This document shows positions 10,690-27,152 of a stretch of DNA of 54,019 nucleotides, piece by piece. The stretch comes from a virus (taxonomy: Duplodnaviria > Caudoviricetes). The notes below the pieces were generated by a model. The model was not told the DNA's origin, did not search any database, and saw only the letters and a list, made by a program, of their open reading frames with translations. Where the stretch lies: IMG/VR virus record IMGVR_UViG_3300046804_002652, positions 1-54,019 of that record; one strand, written 5' to 3'. A program made the position numbers and the translations under genes. Position 1 is the first letter of the stretch, and each line of letters opens with the position of its first letter.

Positions 10690-11039
10690 TAGCTGATTAC
10701 CTCATAAGAGCAGGTTGCAATCAGCCCCGTGGCTGCTCCATATATTCTTAACGTATCGCTTTCTTCAAGATATATTGCCGTATCTTTTGCCAACAATACG
10801 ACTGTAGATTGTGCTGGAACTATAACATTATATGCAATTGGGTAAGATGTAGCACTACGGTAAAATTCAAGATAAACACCAATACCGGTACCTGTGTTAT
10901 TAGTCACCATTACAGTATTGATTTTATAAACGGAGTTAGCAACGCTGTTAGTCACTAGCGTTGCTGCAGTCGTTGTAACTGTATAAGGAGTAGTTCTTCC
11001 GTAGATCGTTGTTACGTTTACTATATTAGGTGCTGCCAT
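10689..11039 (-). CDS. Small virion adaptor-like protein (116 aa), paralog of 12057..12407
   Basis: The likely start is ATG 11039 (MAAPNIVNV), right after the upstream stop. It aligns by eye with 12057..12407 (KIN.VMVTN.TG...VPA.S....L.K...YL.E.D......S.E). Confidence 0.8.
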   Translation of the reverse strand: MAAPNIVNVTTIYGRTTPYTVTTTAATLVTNSVANSVYKINTVMVTNNTGTGIGVYLEFYRSATSYPIAYNVIVPAQSTVVLLAKDTAIYLEESDTLRIYGAATGLIATCSYEVIS

Positions 11040-11040
11040 T

Positions 11041-11250
11041 TTATCCCCCAAATACAATAGACATTGCTATTGCTTTTCCTGTTGTGAATCCCGGAGCCCA
11101 ATAGTTGTTTCCTGACGCATCCGATGTTAATACTTGTGTGTTGGACCCCAACGACCCGTTAGCCGCAATACCAGTCGATACTGTAACTCGATTGAACGTG
11201 TAGTTAGCAGTAGTGTCAATGTTGCTTGGTTTTATTCTCGTTGTTGTCAT
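11041..11250 (-). CDS. Minimal fibre-linker protein (69 aa)
   Basis: AGGA SD upstream. N-terminus shared with the 272- and 859-aa proteins; C-terminal AIAMSIVFGG matches the end of the 2416-aa fibre. Confidence 0.75.
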   Translation of the reverse strand: MTTTRIKPSNIDTTANYTFNRVTVSTGIAANGSLGSNTQVLTSDASGNNYWAPGFTTGKAIAMSIVFGG

Positions 11251-11259
11251 TTTATTTCC

Positions 11260-12057
11260 TTAGCCTACAAAGTTGTTAGCTGTCGTCGATGTGAATGTGT
11301 GTATAGTGAATCCGTTAGCAGAGGACACTGTGCCGCCTGTACCACGCTGCGCGCCTGCATAAGCGATTATCACAACTCCCGAACCTCCTGAGGTACTCGA
11401 TCCAGATCCTTGGCCACCACCGCCACCACCTAAACCATTGGTACCGTTTGTGGAGGCTGCACCACCGCCTCCGGTACCACCAGTACCAGCACTACCGCCA
11501 CCACCACCGCCACCATACGTGACTCCATTAACTGCAGCCCACGTATATCCAGGTCCTCCATTTGAACCTGATGGTGCATTACCGCCTGCTCCAGCGCCAC
11601 CACCAACTTGGTATTGTCCGGAAGGAGTAGTACCACCTAGATAATCTGCATTATTGGCTCCATAAAGAGATGTGCTATTGGAAGCAAGACCACCATAAGC
11701 TGTAATCGTAGTTATGTTTGGGCCAGAAAGAGTACTGTTACCTCCAGCACCAGGCGTCAACGTTTGAGCTGTTCCTCCTGCGCCGGCTGTAGCAACGTAT
11801 GTGTAACCAATACCTACGGTCATTGTACCAGCTCGTGCAACCCCTCCGGCACCTCCAGCACCGTAGTTGACCGCTGCGGTTCCTCCAGACGCTCCACCGC
11901 CTCCCCCAACGAGCAAGTAATTAACAATATATCCAGCACCAACCCATGCGGCAGAATTCAACTGCATCGTGACTTCATTGACGCCGTAGATTCCTTGAGC
12001 TCCCGTAACGGAAACGTTTGCTCGAGGTCCAATAATGCTGCCGTTAACACGTCTCAT
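11260..12057 (-). CDS. Glycine-rich-domain adhesin-like protein
   Basis: 265 aa with VNYLLVGGGGG..GAGGAGG...GGSGVVIIAY..TIHTFTS, a typical phage Gly-rich (polyglycine) domain. Confidence 0.8.
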   Translation of the reverse strand: MRRVNGSIIGPRANVSVTGAQGIYGVNEVTMQLNSAAWVGAGYIVNYLLVGGGGGASGGTAAVNYGAGGAGGVARAGTMTVGIGYTYVATAGAGGTAQTLTPGAGGNSTLSGPNITTITAYGGLASNSTSLYGANNADYLGGTTPSGQYQVGGGAGAGGNAPSGSNGGPGYTWAAVNGVTYGGGGGGGSAGTGGTGGGGAASTNGTNGLGGGGGGQGSGSSTSGGSGVVIIAYAGAQRGTGGTVSSANGFTIHTFTSTTANNFVG

Positions 12058-12407
12058 TAAGCCAATGCCTCCCAGCTAGCTGTAAGGTGGATTGTTGTAC
12101 CAGCAGAAGCTAATGCAGTAATCTTATCGCCTTCTTTTAAATAGAAGGCTTTATTGAGAACATCAATAGCAGCATATGCTGGTACGGCAGTAGTGTATAG
12201 CAAGTATATTGTAGTTGCCGAAACAGAGTCGTAGTACCCTACAGTCACGTTTGCTGAAGCACCAGTTATATTAGTCACCATCAAATGGTTCACCTTATTA
12301 ACCGTCGAAGTTGTAGTTGTAATTATATCTTGCGATGTTGTGGTAAGCACTTTACCAGTGCTCGAACCATTCAACGTACTCAACGACTTTATATTAAGCG
12401 TTGCCAT
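12057..12407 (-). CDS. Small virion adaptor-like protein (116 aa)
   Basis: Paralog of 10689..11039, TAATG-coupled to the downstream gene. Confidence 0.8.
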   Translation of the reverse strand: MATLNIKSLSTLNGSSTGKVLTTTSQDIITTTTSTVNKVNHLMVTNITGASANVTVGYYDSVSATTIYLLYTTAVPAYAAIDVLNKAFYLKEGDKITALASAGTTIHLTASWEALA

Positions 12408-12410
12408 TTA

Positions 12411-19661
<7,251 letters not shown>

Positions 19662-19706
19662 TCGTTTCCTACTTCAACATTATTATTGTTGTTCTGTCTA
19701 TCTGTA

Positions 19707-19714
19707 TATTTATT
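19707..19714 (-). promoter_or_regulatory. Candidate late promoter AATAAATA for the 2416-aa collagen fibre operon
   Basis: tatttatt in the intergenic gap, about 45 nt upstream of ATG 19661; AGGA SD precedes the ATG. Confidence 0.55.
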
Positions 19715-19719
19715 ACTTC

Positions 19720-20238
19720 TTATAACGACGGAACAAAAGCTGGAATTTCTGGCCAATTGTACGCCGTGCCGTCCAATGATAGGTCTTGATCTGGTATATT
19801 TCTTAGAGACTGTCTATAGTTGTGTAAATCTTGCATTTGTTGTTGCGTGAGGCTGGTAGGCTGGCTCATTAAAACTTGCTCACTGTGTCTCACGACTAAC
19901 CAATCGGTCGCAAAAAGTCTGCCCGTTCGAATGTCTCTCACCGTAACGGAAGGGGCTCCGCGCTCAATATCCTCTAAAGCAGCAGCGACAATCTCATCCT
20001 CATGTTCAAATAACCATGCGATTTCAGGTACATCTCTGCCAGATATTGTTTCCCCACCATCGCGTTCAACGACGAACATATTTCGACTTGATTCTATGGT
20101 GACAATTTTTGCTGTAGGAAATTCATGCGAAAACCCTGTTCCTAGTTCAAATATTTCCAAATTTGCAAATCCGTGGCTCACTTCATTAAGCCTAACGTAT
20201 ATATTTTTATTATAAAAATCAATTGTAATGAATGACAT
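19720..20238 (-). CDS. Tail fibre assembly chaperone-like protein
   Basis: The C-terminal R..R..L..TDW....YRQSLRNIP....WPEIP motif is characteristic of phage tail assembly chaperones; the gene follows a collar/HxH fibre gene. Confidence 0.75.
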   Translation of the reverse strand: MSFITIDFYNKNIYVRLNEVSHGFANLEIFELGTGFSHEFPTAKIVTIESSRNMFVVERDGGETISGRDVPEIAWLFEHEDEIVAAALEDIERGAPSVTVRDIRTGRLFATDWLVVRHSEQVLMSQPTSLTQQQMQDLHNYRQSLRNIPDQDLSLDGTAYNWPEIPAFVPSL

Positions 20239-21420
20239 TTATATTCCTTTGTATTGAATGAACGCTAGGTTGCATGTTCCTGGTTCAAAGCTATTCATAG
20301 TAGCAGTCCCTGTACCGCCGCCGTGATTGTGGTCTATAGAGAAGTTGGTATGAAGCGCATTGAACGCATTATCGCCGTTCCGATTACCGCCATAGTGAGT
20401 GTGGAGAAATGTATTATTAGCAATAGTCGCTGAAGTTACCTCTGCGTTGTGTGCAGAGGTAAGGACTATATCATGTGAGCCAGATACCTGGCCGTACCAA
20501 CCCCCAAGATAATAACCTCTCATGTCTGGAGTACCCAAAGTGCCGTCACATACACGCCAACCAGCTGGCAAATCTTTAGGCTGACCTCCGTATAAGATAA
20601 TCATACCGTATTCGATTGCTTCTTCAAACGGCGACACCCAGCCGTTTAGCATCTTACTTTTTAAGTACGTTCTCCACGTCATGCTTATAGCATGAGTGTG
20701 AGCTCCTCCATACTGCTCAAACCCCCACAAAGAAGCTGTACCTCCTGATGGAGGACGGCCGTTGTTTGTATTTCTGTGAGAGTGGTATCCCCCTGAAGTA
20801 GATGTTCCAGTCGTTGTAATTATTGCAGGGTCAAACGAATAAGATGAATTGTGCCCCCTGAAGTGAGCCTTATCTGCGGCTGTATCCGTATAATAAGTAG
20901 GCTTAACAAAATTCAGAGAGGATGGAGCAGTCTTGCGAAATACTATTGTGTAAGGAGGCAGCACATTTTTGATACTGCTGCACGTCACTACAGGAAATTT
21001 ATAATTAGGAGGGGGAGCGTAAGCAGCATCAATAGGTGCACCAAGCGTCAAAGAGTGGTTATGTGAGCCAGTAGTTAGATTTGCATTCCCTATTGTGTAG
21101 CTGTATATCGTCGACATTGTATACTCAGCAAACTGTACAATACCCATCGAAGCAGTACCATGACTTCCCGCTGATGCTGTTGTAAATGTAATAGAAACGT
21201 TTCCGCTAGCAACGTTCGTGGTGCCTATCTCTGTGTTACTACTAGCCCCTCTGACAAACATTCCAACGCAATTAGAATAATACGACCAACCTGTCGGTGC
21301 TGTAGCAGACGTGGACTGCAAGAACAATACTGCGTTTTTAGGAACGACGGCAGGCGTCTGCTGTATGTTTCTTCCATACGATCTAACAGAAGCGCCACCA
21401 AACGTTGATAATGTAGGCAT
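20239..21420 (-). CDS. Short fibre/needle protein with tail-collar-like domains and HxH motifs
   Basis: GMIILYGG..LPAGWRVCDGTLGTPDMRG collar motif, a degenerate N-terminal copy (APTGW..GMFVRG), and five HxH motifs (HNH, HSH, HTH, HTH, HNH) like those of T4 gp12/gp37 tips. Confidence 0.75.
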   Translation of the reverse strand: MPTLSTFGGASVRSYGRNIQQTPAVVPKNAVLFLQSTSATAPTGWSYYSNCVGMFVRGASSNTEIGTTNVASGNVSITFTTASAGSHGTASMGIVQFAEYTMSTIYSYTIGNANLTTGSHNHSLTLGAPIDAAYAPPPNYKFPVVTCSSIKNVLPPYTIVFRKTAPSSLNFVKPTYYTDTAADKAHFRGHNSSYSFDPAIITTTGTSTSGGYHSHRNTNNGRPPSGGTASLWGFEQYGGAHTHAISMTWRTYLKSKMLNGWVSPFEEAIEYGMIILYGGQPKDLPAGWRVCDGTLGTPDMRGYYLGGWYGQVSGSHDIVLTSAHNAEVTSATIANNTFLHTHYGGNRNGDNAFNALHTNFSIDHNHGGGTGTATMNSFEPGTCNLAFIQYKGI

Positions 21421-21421
21421 A

Positions 21422-24400
21422 TTAAATAAAGAATGTTTGAGTTGCTAGCACCAAATACGTTGGAGATGCAGAGGTCTTTATAATTGTCAAAGTATACACA
21501 TCCATAGCACTACCTGTACCAATCGTTGGAGCTTGACCACCTTGCCATTTTGGAGTTACCGCAACGTTATCAATACGATACGATGTGGGGAAGTATCCTG
21601 TCGTAGCGTTATTGACCATGAATGCTATGGTGATGGAATCTCCAACCTGTGTTATATTATTGAATGTCGTGACGGAGTCCCCACGAATATTTAATATCCA
21701 GTCGTTTGTTGTGGGTGTTGTATAGTATATTACTGCCTTGCTATTTACGTCAATGTTAGTGATTGCCGTAGGAGCACCAGTCGTAATTATATTGGTTCTT
21801 TCGACAATCTCTTCGACTGTTGTAGTATTGGTAATCGATATACCTTTTTTGGCCTCGATAAGAGAATTTGCCGATACAATAGTAGAGTTTGCAGTAAATA
21901 CACTATTGACACTAAACTCATTGACACGCAAGAAGCTATTCGCTGCTGTACTACTAATTGTAATACTTGTTGAGTTGACAATTAGATGTCCATTCACCGC
22001 AACGAGCGACGTTGTGTTAGCTGCCATTACGTTAGCTACATCATTACCGACTGCAATTCCTGAGGTACTGATGACCAGATTAGAAGCTGCAGTTCCAATA
22101 CGCAACTCGGTTGCGCTCATAACTGCATTAGATGTTGCATTTCCTATACGAAGATCGCTTGTTGTCAATCTTCCATTTGCTGTACTGTTACCAATACCAA
22201 GCGATGTTGTATTAACGACAAATGCACCACCTAGAGCAGACGCTTGGGTAGTATTAGCATTAAACGTATTGAAAGTTGCATTTGTGCTTAGTGTTATTGC
22301 AGCAACATCTAATATGACGTTGGCAGACGTATTACCGAACGCAATAGTCGTTGTGTTGGCCAGCAGTACACGAGCACCCGAGTTACCAACTTGAATAATG
22401 GATGTATTAATCACACCATTCGATGTAGTGTTACCAAACGCTATGGCAGCATTAGCAAGATTGACATTTGACGAAGATGTGCCGACAGAAATTTGAGTAC
22501 CGAACTGACCATTAGACACAGTTAACTTGTCTGTAGCTAGTACAGCGTTTGTTCCTGTAGAACCAATCGTAATGCTATCACCAGTTTGAATTTGAGATTT
22601 AGTAATGAATGTATTGACGGTTGTGTTACCGACTGTCAATCTAAACGCGCTAGAGTCAAAAACAAACTGCTCCGATCCGCCATGGAAGTTACTAGCATTG
22701 AACTGTACCATGCCGTTGCTGCCACCAGGACCACCTGACGATGCTCCAGTACCAGGAACAATACGTCCAAATTCTACCCACTGTGAGCTATCAGCATCAA
22801 CGAAGTATGTGTATATCTTACCATCATCAGCATCAATCCATTGATCGCCGTCTTGTGGATCCAAGTGCGGTAATGACCCAAGCGTAATTTTATTACTACC
22901 CTTGAATCCTTTTTCACCCTTTTGACCTTTTTCGCCCTTGAGGTTATCTACGGTAAATTGAGTAGAGTCGCTGTTGGTGAATGTTGTGGTGTTAGTAGCA
23001 TCATCGAATACGGCGCTAAGAATACGCTCGCCTTTTTCGCCCTTCTGACCTTTCTCACCCTTTTCACCCTTTTGACCCTTTTCACCCTTAACACCTTCAA
23101 CAGTAAATGTCGAATCGTCGGAGTTAGTAAAAGTAATGATTGCTGTTGCAGTATCGTACGTTGCTGTCGCGACGCGCTCACCCTTCTGACCCTTCTGACC
23201 TTTAACGCCTAATACACTGAAGGTACTTGTATCAGAGTTAGTGAAGGTAATTGAGTTCTCAATATCACTGAAAACAGCCGTCGATACACGCTCACCCTTT
23301 TGTCCCTTTTGGCCTTTGATACCAATAACAGTGAATGTAGATCCATCGCTGTTGGTGAATTCGAGACCGTTAGTAGCATCATTGAACGATGCAGAACTAA
23401 CACGTTCTCCTTTTTCACCCTTTTGGCCTTTTTGACCTTTGACGCCATTTACGGTAAATGTCGAACCATCACTATTAGTGAATGTAGTAATGTTTGTAGC
23501 ATCATCAAATACGGCAGTCTGTACGCGTTCACCTTTTTGACCTTTAATACCAGCAACCGTGAATGTGGATGCATCACTATTGGTGAAGGTCAGAGAGTTG
23601 GTTAGGTTATCGAACGCGACAGATGTAACTCGTTCGCCCTTTTGACCTTTCAGTCCACTTACGGTAAACGTTGTTGTGTCGGTGTTAGTGAACGTTGTTG
23701 TGTTGGTTAAGTTGTCAAAGACGGCAGTATCAATGCGCTCGCCTTTTTCACCCTTTTGTCCTTTTTGACCTTTAACACCAACAACCGTAAACGTACTACT
23801 ATCAGTATTTGTGAAGGTTAACTTATTTTCAGTATCATTATACGCAACGGAATTGACACGTTCACCTTTCTGACCTTTAACGCCAGTAACGTCATGCGTA
23901 CTACCATCGCTGTTCGTGAAAGTAAGAGTGTTGTTCGCATCCGTAAATGCGGAGGAACTTACACGTTCGCCTTTCTGTCCTTTATCGCCCTTGACGCCAG
24001 TAACACTGAATGTAGTATTATCAGTGTTAGTGAATGTTATTGAGTTTGTTCCATCAACATACGTTGCTGACTGAACGCGTTCACCTTTTTGGCCCTTTTG
24101 ACCGACATCGCCAGTCCTAGCAAAGGTAACTACAATAGATGCAGCATCATCAAACGATGCAACCGATCCTGACAAATAAACAACAGGTACACGAATATAT
24201 CCAGCAAATACAGACATAACGTCTGTGATTGCATACATTACAAACTGTGCAGGATTATTTGGGTTACTGATCTTTATATGGCCTTTGATCTCAGACGTAG
24301 AGTCGTCAATCGTTTGCAAATATGAAAGAATAGTAGTTGAATTTTTATCGACCGGATCAATGAAGATACGATCGCTTAACGGGAAAGTAATTCCGTTAAC

Positions 24401-27076
24401 TTTTAAGTTGCCTGGGCCTGGGTCCGCATCAGTTGTAAGAATGCTGAACACATATTCAAAAGTAGATCCGCCAAATTCCCCAGCGTTACCCTTTTGACCG
24501 ATTTCACCCTTCTGACCTTTTTGACCTTTAACGCCAGTAACAGTGAAGGTACTATTGTCACTGTTAGTGAACGTTGTAGTGTTAGTGGTATCATCAAATA
24601 GCGCGCTACTTACACGTTCGCCTTTTTCACCCTTTTCACCCTTTTGACCTTTTTGGCCTTTCAATCCAACGACAGTGAAAGTGCTATTATCGCTATTGGT
24701 GAAGGTAGTCGTGTTAGTACTATCATCAAACTGACCTTGATTGACGCGCTCGCCTTTCTGACCTTTGAGGCCAGAGACAGTGAACGTGCTCGTATCAGAG
24801 TTAGTAAACGTAGTTGTGTTAGTCTGGTCGTCATAGAGAGCAGAAGATATTCTCTCACCCTTCTCGCCCTTGTCACCCTTCTGACCTTTTTGACCCTTGA
24901 GTCCTAATACAGTAAATGTAGAATCGTCGCTGTTTGTGAACGTCGTGGTATTGGTAGCATCGGTAAATACAGCTGTAGATACTCGCTCGCCTTTCTCACC
25001 TTTCTGACCCTTCAAACCGACAATAGTAAATGTGCTGCTGTCTGTATTGGTTAGTGTTGTGGTGTTTGTGAGGTCGTCGTAGTAAGCGGTGTTGATACGC
25101 TCACCCTTTTGACCTTTAACGCCCTGCTCACCCTTTTGACCTTTATCGCCTTTGATGCCACTGACAGTGAATGTAGTTTGATCCTCGTTTACAAATGTAA
25201 CAACGTCGGTAAGAGGATTATAACTTGCAGATTGTAATTGTCCGCCTTTTTGTCCCTTCTCACCCTTATCGCCAGTCTGACCCTTTTCGCCCAAGTCACC
25301 AGTTCTAGCAAACGTGATCGAAACGTCATCGCCATCAGCAAATGTAGTAGTAGAGCTCGTTACATGCTGAATAGTGACGTTGAAATAACCAGGCGCAGCT
25401 GGGCTTGGCAATATAATAGTTTCGCCAACAATAGCAAAGAACGTAAACGTCTCTGGATTATTCTTCTTAGACATTCTGAAATGTCCACGAATACCAGAAG
25501 TCGAATCATCAATTGTTGCTAGGAACGCTGCGACCGAGACACCAAAGTCGTCCAGGTTGTCAATATACATTCTCGTCGAAGACGAAATAGTAGCAGCATT
25601 AAACCTAATATTTCCTTGACCAGGATCGGAGTTTGTTGTGATTGCGCTATATGTGTAGTCGAACGAAGCACCGCCGAAACTACCCGTACCGCCCTTATCA
25701 CCTTTATCGCCGGTAAATCCCAACTCTCCTTTAGGACCCACGTCGCCTTTATCGCCCTTGTTGCCCTTTTGGCCTTTAACGCCTAGAAGAGTAAATTCAG
25801 ACGAATCGCTATTGACAAACGTAACTGTATCGTTAGCGGCTGTGTAGAATGAGCTTGCGACTTGAGATCCTTTATCACCCTTAGATCCTACATCGCCCTT
25901 TTCGCCCTTTGTTCCTACACCATCTATACCTTTAACACCAGCAGGGCCCTTTTCGCCCTTTAGTCCATACACATCAAAAGAAGATGCATCAGAAACATAG
26001 AATGTAGTAGTATTGTTGGCGTTGTAGAATACACCACCAGTGATACCAGCACCAGTGATACCTTGATCACCTTTCTGTCCTTTATCCCCTTGAGTGCCGT
26101 CAGAACCTTTATCGCCTTTTTGACCCTTGTCGCCATTGACGCCAGAATCGCCTTTTTGACCTTTAGATCCGTCAACACCGATGATACCATCGAGGCCCTT
26201 CTCACCCTTATCGCCTTTCGATCCAGTGCCTCCAGTCGAACCAGATGCACCCTTTTCACCTTTGTCTCCTGTCCGTGTATATGTTACACTGAACGAAGAA
26301 CCGTTGGAATAAGAGTTAGCTCCCGTAACATAGCTGACGGGAATCTCGTAGTATTGAACATATTCGGTTGCAGTGCCTGTTATGCTGAATACAGTATAGT
26401 TGTTCGTAGTCTTGTTGTAGATCTGGAACAACCCTTTAGATACATCCGAAGTACTTCCTGTTGCATACTGGAAGAACCCTTGTGTATCAGCCGTCGATAC
26501 ATCTTTGCGGTGAATGTATAGTTTTGTGGCGTAATATAAGTCAGTGTTACTAAACTTTAATTTACCGTCCGATGGGTCGGTATTAGCAGTGTTAACCCGC
26601 ACATAATCATACGTGAAGGCAACTCCTCCAGGAGTACCTGTATCGCCTTTACTGCCTGAAGGTCCTGTAGATCCTTTATCTCCAGCTGGCCCTAGATCTC
26701 CCTTGCTACCAGAAACTCCCTTTTCGCCCTTGAAGTTAAATCCAATAATGGGAGCTCTATATGTCGTGACGCCATCCGAACTAACAACGAGAGTGTAACC
26801 CATCGCTCCAGCAAACGCTGTATTCGATTGGTCTTCTGGTAAAACATAATCGTAAGAGGCAACAACCCGCCACGTTTCACCTTTTTGTCCTTTTAACGTC
26901 TCACCTTTCTCTCCTTTTGTAGAGAGAGCGACAATTTCTCCTTTAGCATCTTTAGTGAAAAGGAGTTTGTCTGGGAAGTTGACCGCTAATTCACCTACTA
27001 ATAGGTCTTCACCTTTAGGTACTTTGCCAGCTTCCGATGAGCGTTTATGCTGATAAATAAACTTATCTGTTGCCAT
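21422..27076 (-). CDS. Long tail-fibre-like collagen protein (1884 aa) with a T4 gp37-like N-terminus
   Basis: N-terminal KRSSEAGKVP..L.VGELAVN..DK.LFTKD..G.I resembles the T4 gp37 start (KRSK.AG.RP..L.EGELAINL.DR.IFTKD). It carries KGQKGE collagen segments, 18 TFTNSD repeats, three FARTGD-type domains and an N/T/S-rich beta C-terminal part. Confidence 0.88.
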   Translation of the reverse strand: MATDKFIYQHKRSSEAGKVPKGEDLLVGELAVNFPDKLLFTKDAKGEIVALSTKGEKGETLKGQKGETWRVVASYDYVLPEDQSNTAFAGAMGYTLVVSSDGVTTYRAPIIGFNFKGEKGVSGSKGDLGPAGDKGSTGPSGSKGDTGTPGGVAFTYDYVRVNTANTDPSDGKLKFSNTDLYYATKLYIHRKDVSTADTQGFFQYATGSTSDVSKGLFQIYNKTTNNYTVFSITGTATEYVQYYEIPVSYVTGANSYSNGSSFSVTYTRTGDKGEKGASGSTGGTGSKGDKGEKGLDGIIGVDGSKGQKGDSGVNGDKGQKGDKGSDGTQGDKGQKGDQGITGAGITGGVFYNANNTTTFYVSDASSFDVYGLKGEKGPAGVKGIDGVGTKGEKGDVGSKGDKGSQVASSFYTAANDTVTFVNSDSSEFTLLGVKGQKGNKGDKGDVGPKGELGFTGDKGDKGGTGSFGGASFDYTYSAITTNSDPGQGNIRFNAATISSSTRMYIDNLDDFGVSVAAFLATIDDSTSGIRGHFRMSKKNNPETFTFFAIVGETIILPSPAAPGYFNVTIQHVTSSTTTFADGDDVSITFARTGDLGEKGQTGDKGEKGQKGGQLQSASYNPLTDVVTFVNEDQTTFTVSGIKGDKGQKGEQGVKGQKGERINTAYYDDLTNTTTLTNTDSSTFTIVGLKGQKGEKGERVSTAVFTDATNTTTFTNSDDSTFTVLGLKGQKGQKGDKGEKGERISSALYDDQTNTTTFTNSDTSTFTVSGLKGQKGERVNQGQFDDSTNTTTFTNSDNSTFTVVGLKGQKGQKGEKGEKGERVSSALFDDTTNTTTFTNSDNSTFTVTGVKGQKGQKGEIGQKGNAGEFGGSTFEYVFSILTTDADPGPGNLKVNGITFPLSDRIFIDPVDKNSTTILSYLQTIDDSTSEIKGHIKISNPNNPAQFVMYAITDVMSVFAGYIRVPVVYLSGSVASFDDAASIVVTFARTGDVGQKGQKGERVQSATYVDGTNSITFTNTDNTTFSVTGVKGDKGQKGERVSSSAFTDANNTLTFTNSDGSTHDVTGVKGQKGERVNSVAYNDTENKLTFTNTDSSTFTVVGVKGQKGQKGEKGERIDTAVFDNLTNTTTFTNTDTTTFTVSGLKGQKGERVTSVAFDNLTNSLTFTNSDASTFTVAGIKGQKGERVQTAVFDDATNITTFTNSDGSTFTVNGVKGQKGQKGEKGERVSSASFNDATNGLEFTNSDGSTFTVIGIKGQKGQKGERVSTAVFSDIENSITFTNSDTSTFSVLGVKGQKGQKGERVATATYDTATAIITFTNSDDSTFTVEGVKGEKGQKGEKGEKGQKGEKGERILSAVFDDATNTTTFTNSDSTQFTVDNLKGEKGQKGEKGFKGSNKITLGSLPHLDPQDGDQWIDADDGKIYTYFVDADSSQWVEFGRIVPGTGASSGGPGGSNGMVQFNASNFHGGSEQFVFDSSAFRLTVGNTTVNTFITKSQIQTGDSITIGSTGTNAVLATDKLTVSNGQFGTQISVGTSSSNVNLANAAIAFGNTTSNGVINTSIIQVGNSGARVLLANTTTIAFGNTSANVILDVAAITLSTNATFNTFNANTTQASALGGAFVVNTTSLGIGNSTANGRLTTSDLRIGNATSNAVMSATELRIGTAASNLVISTSGIAVGNDVANVMAANTTSLVAVNGHLIVNSTSITISSTAANSFLRVNEFSVNSVFTANSTIVSANSLIEAKKGISITNTTTVEEIVERTNIITTGAPTAITNIDVNSKAVIYYTTPTTNDWILNIRGDSVTTFNNITQVGDSITIAFMVNNATTGYFPTSYRIDNVAVTPKWQGGQAPTIGTGSAMDVYTLTIIKTSASPTYLVLATQTFFI
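22935..26050 (-). repeat. Eighteen ~30-aa TFTNSD repeats joined by KGQKG(EKG) collagen linkers
   Basis: Counted in the 1884-aa translation; boundaries approximate. Confidence 0.85.
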
Positions 27077-27090
27077 TAATGCCTCTTATG

Positions 27091-27108
27091 GGGCGGTTTT
27101 ACCCGCCC
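27091..27108. promoter_or_regulatory. GC-rich hairpin GGGCGG-6-nt loop-CCGCCC in the leader of the 1884-aa fibre gene
   Basis: Perfect 6-bp GC stem between the late promoter (27134-27141) and the GAGG SD (27082-27085). There is no U-tract on the coding strand, so a terminator role is uncertain. Confidence 0.55.
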
Positions 27109-27133
27109 TTATAATTATTGTAATTCTAAGAGA

Positions 27134-27141
27134 TATTTATA
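27134..27141 (-). promoter_or_regulatory. T4-type late promoter TATAAATA
   Basis: Exact consensus (tatttata on +), intergenic, about 60 nt upstream of ATG 27076. Confidence 0.8.
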
Positions 27142-27152
27142 CGAAGGCAAAA

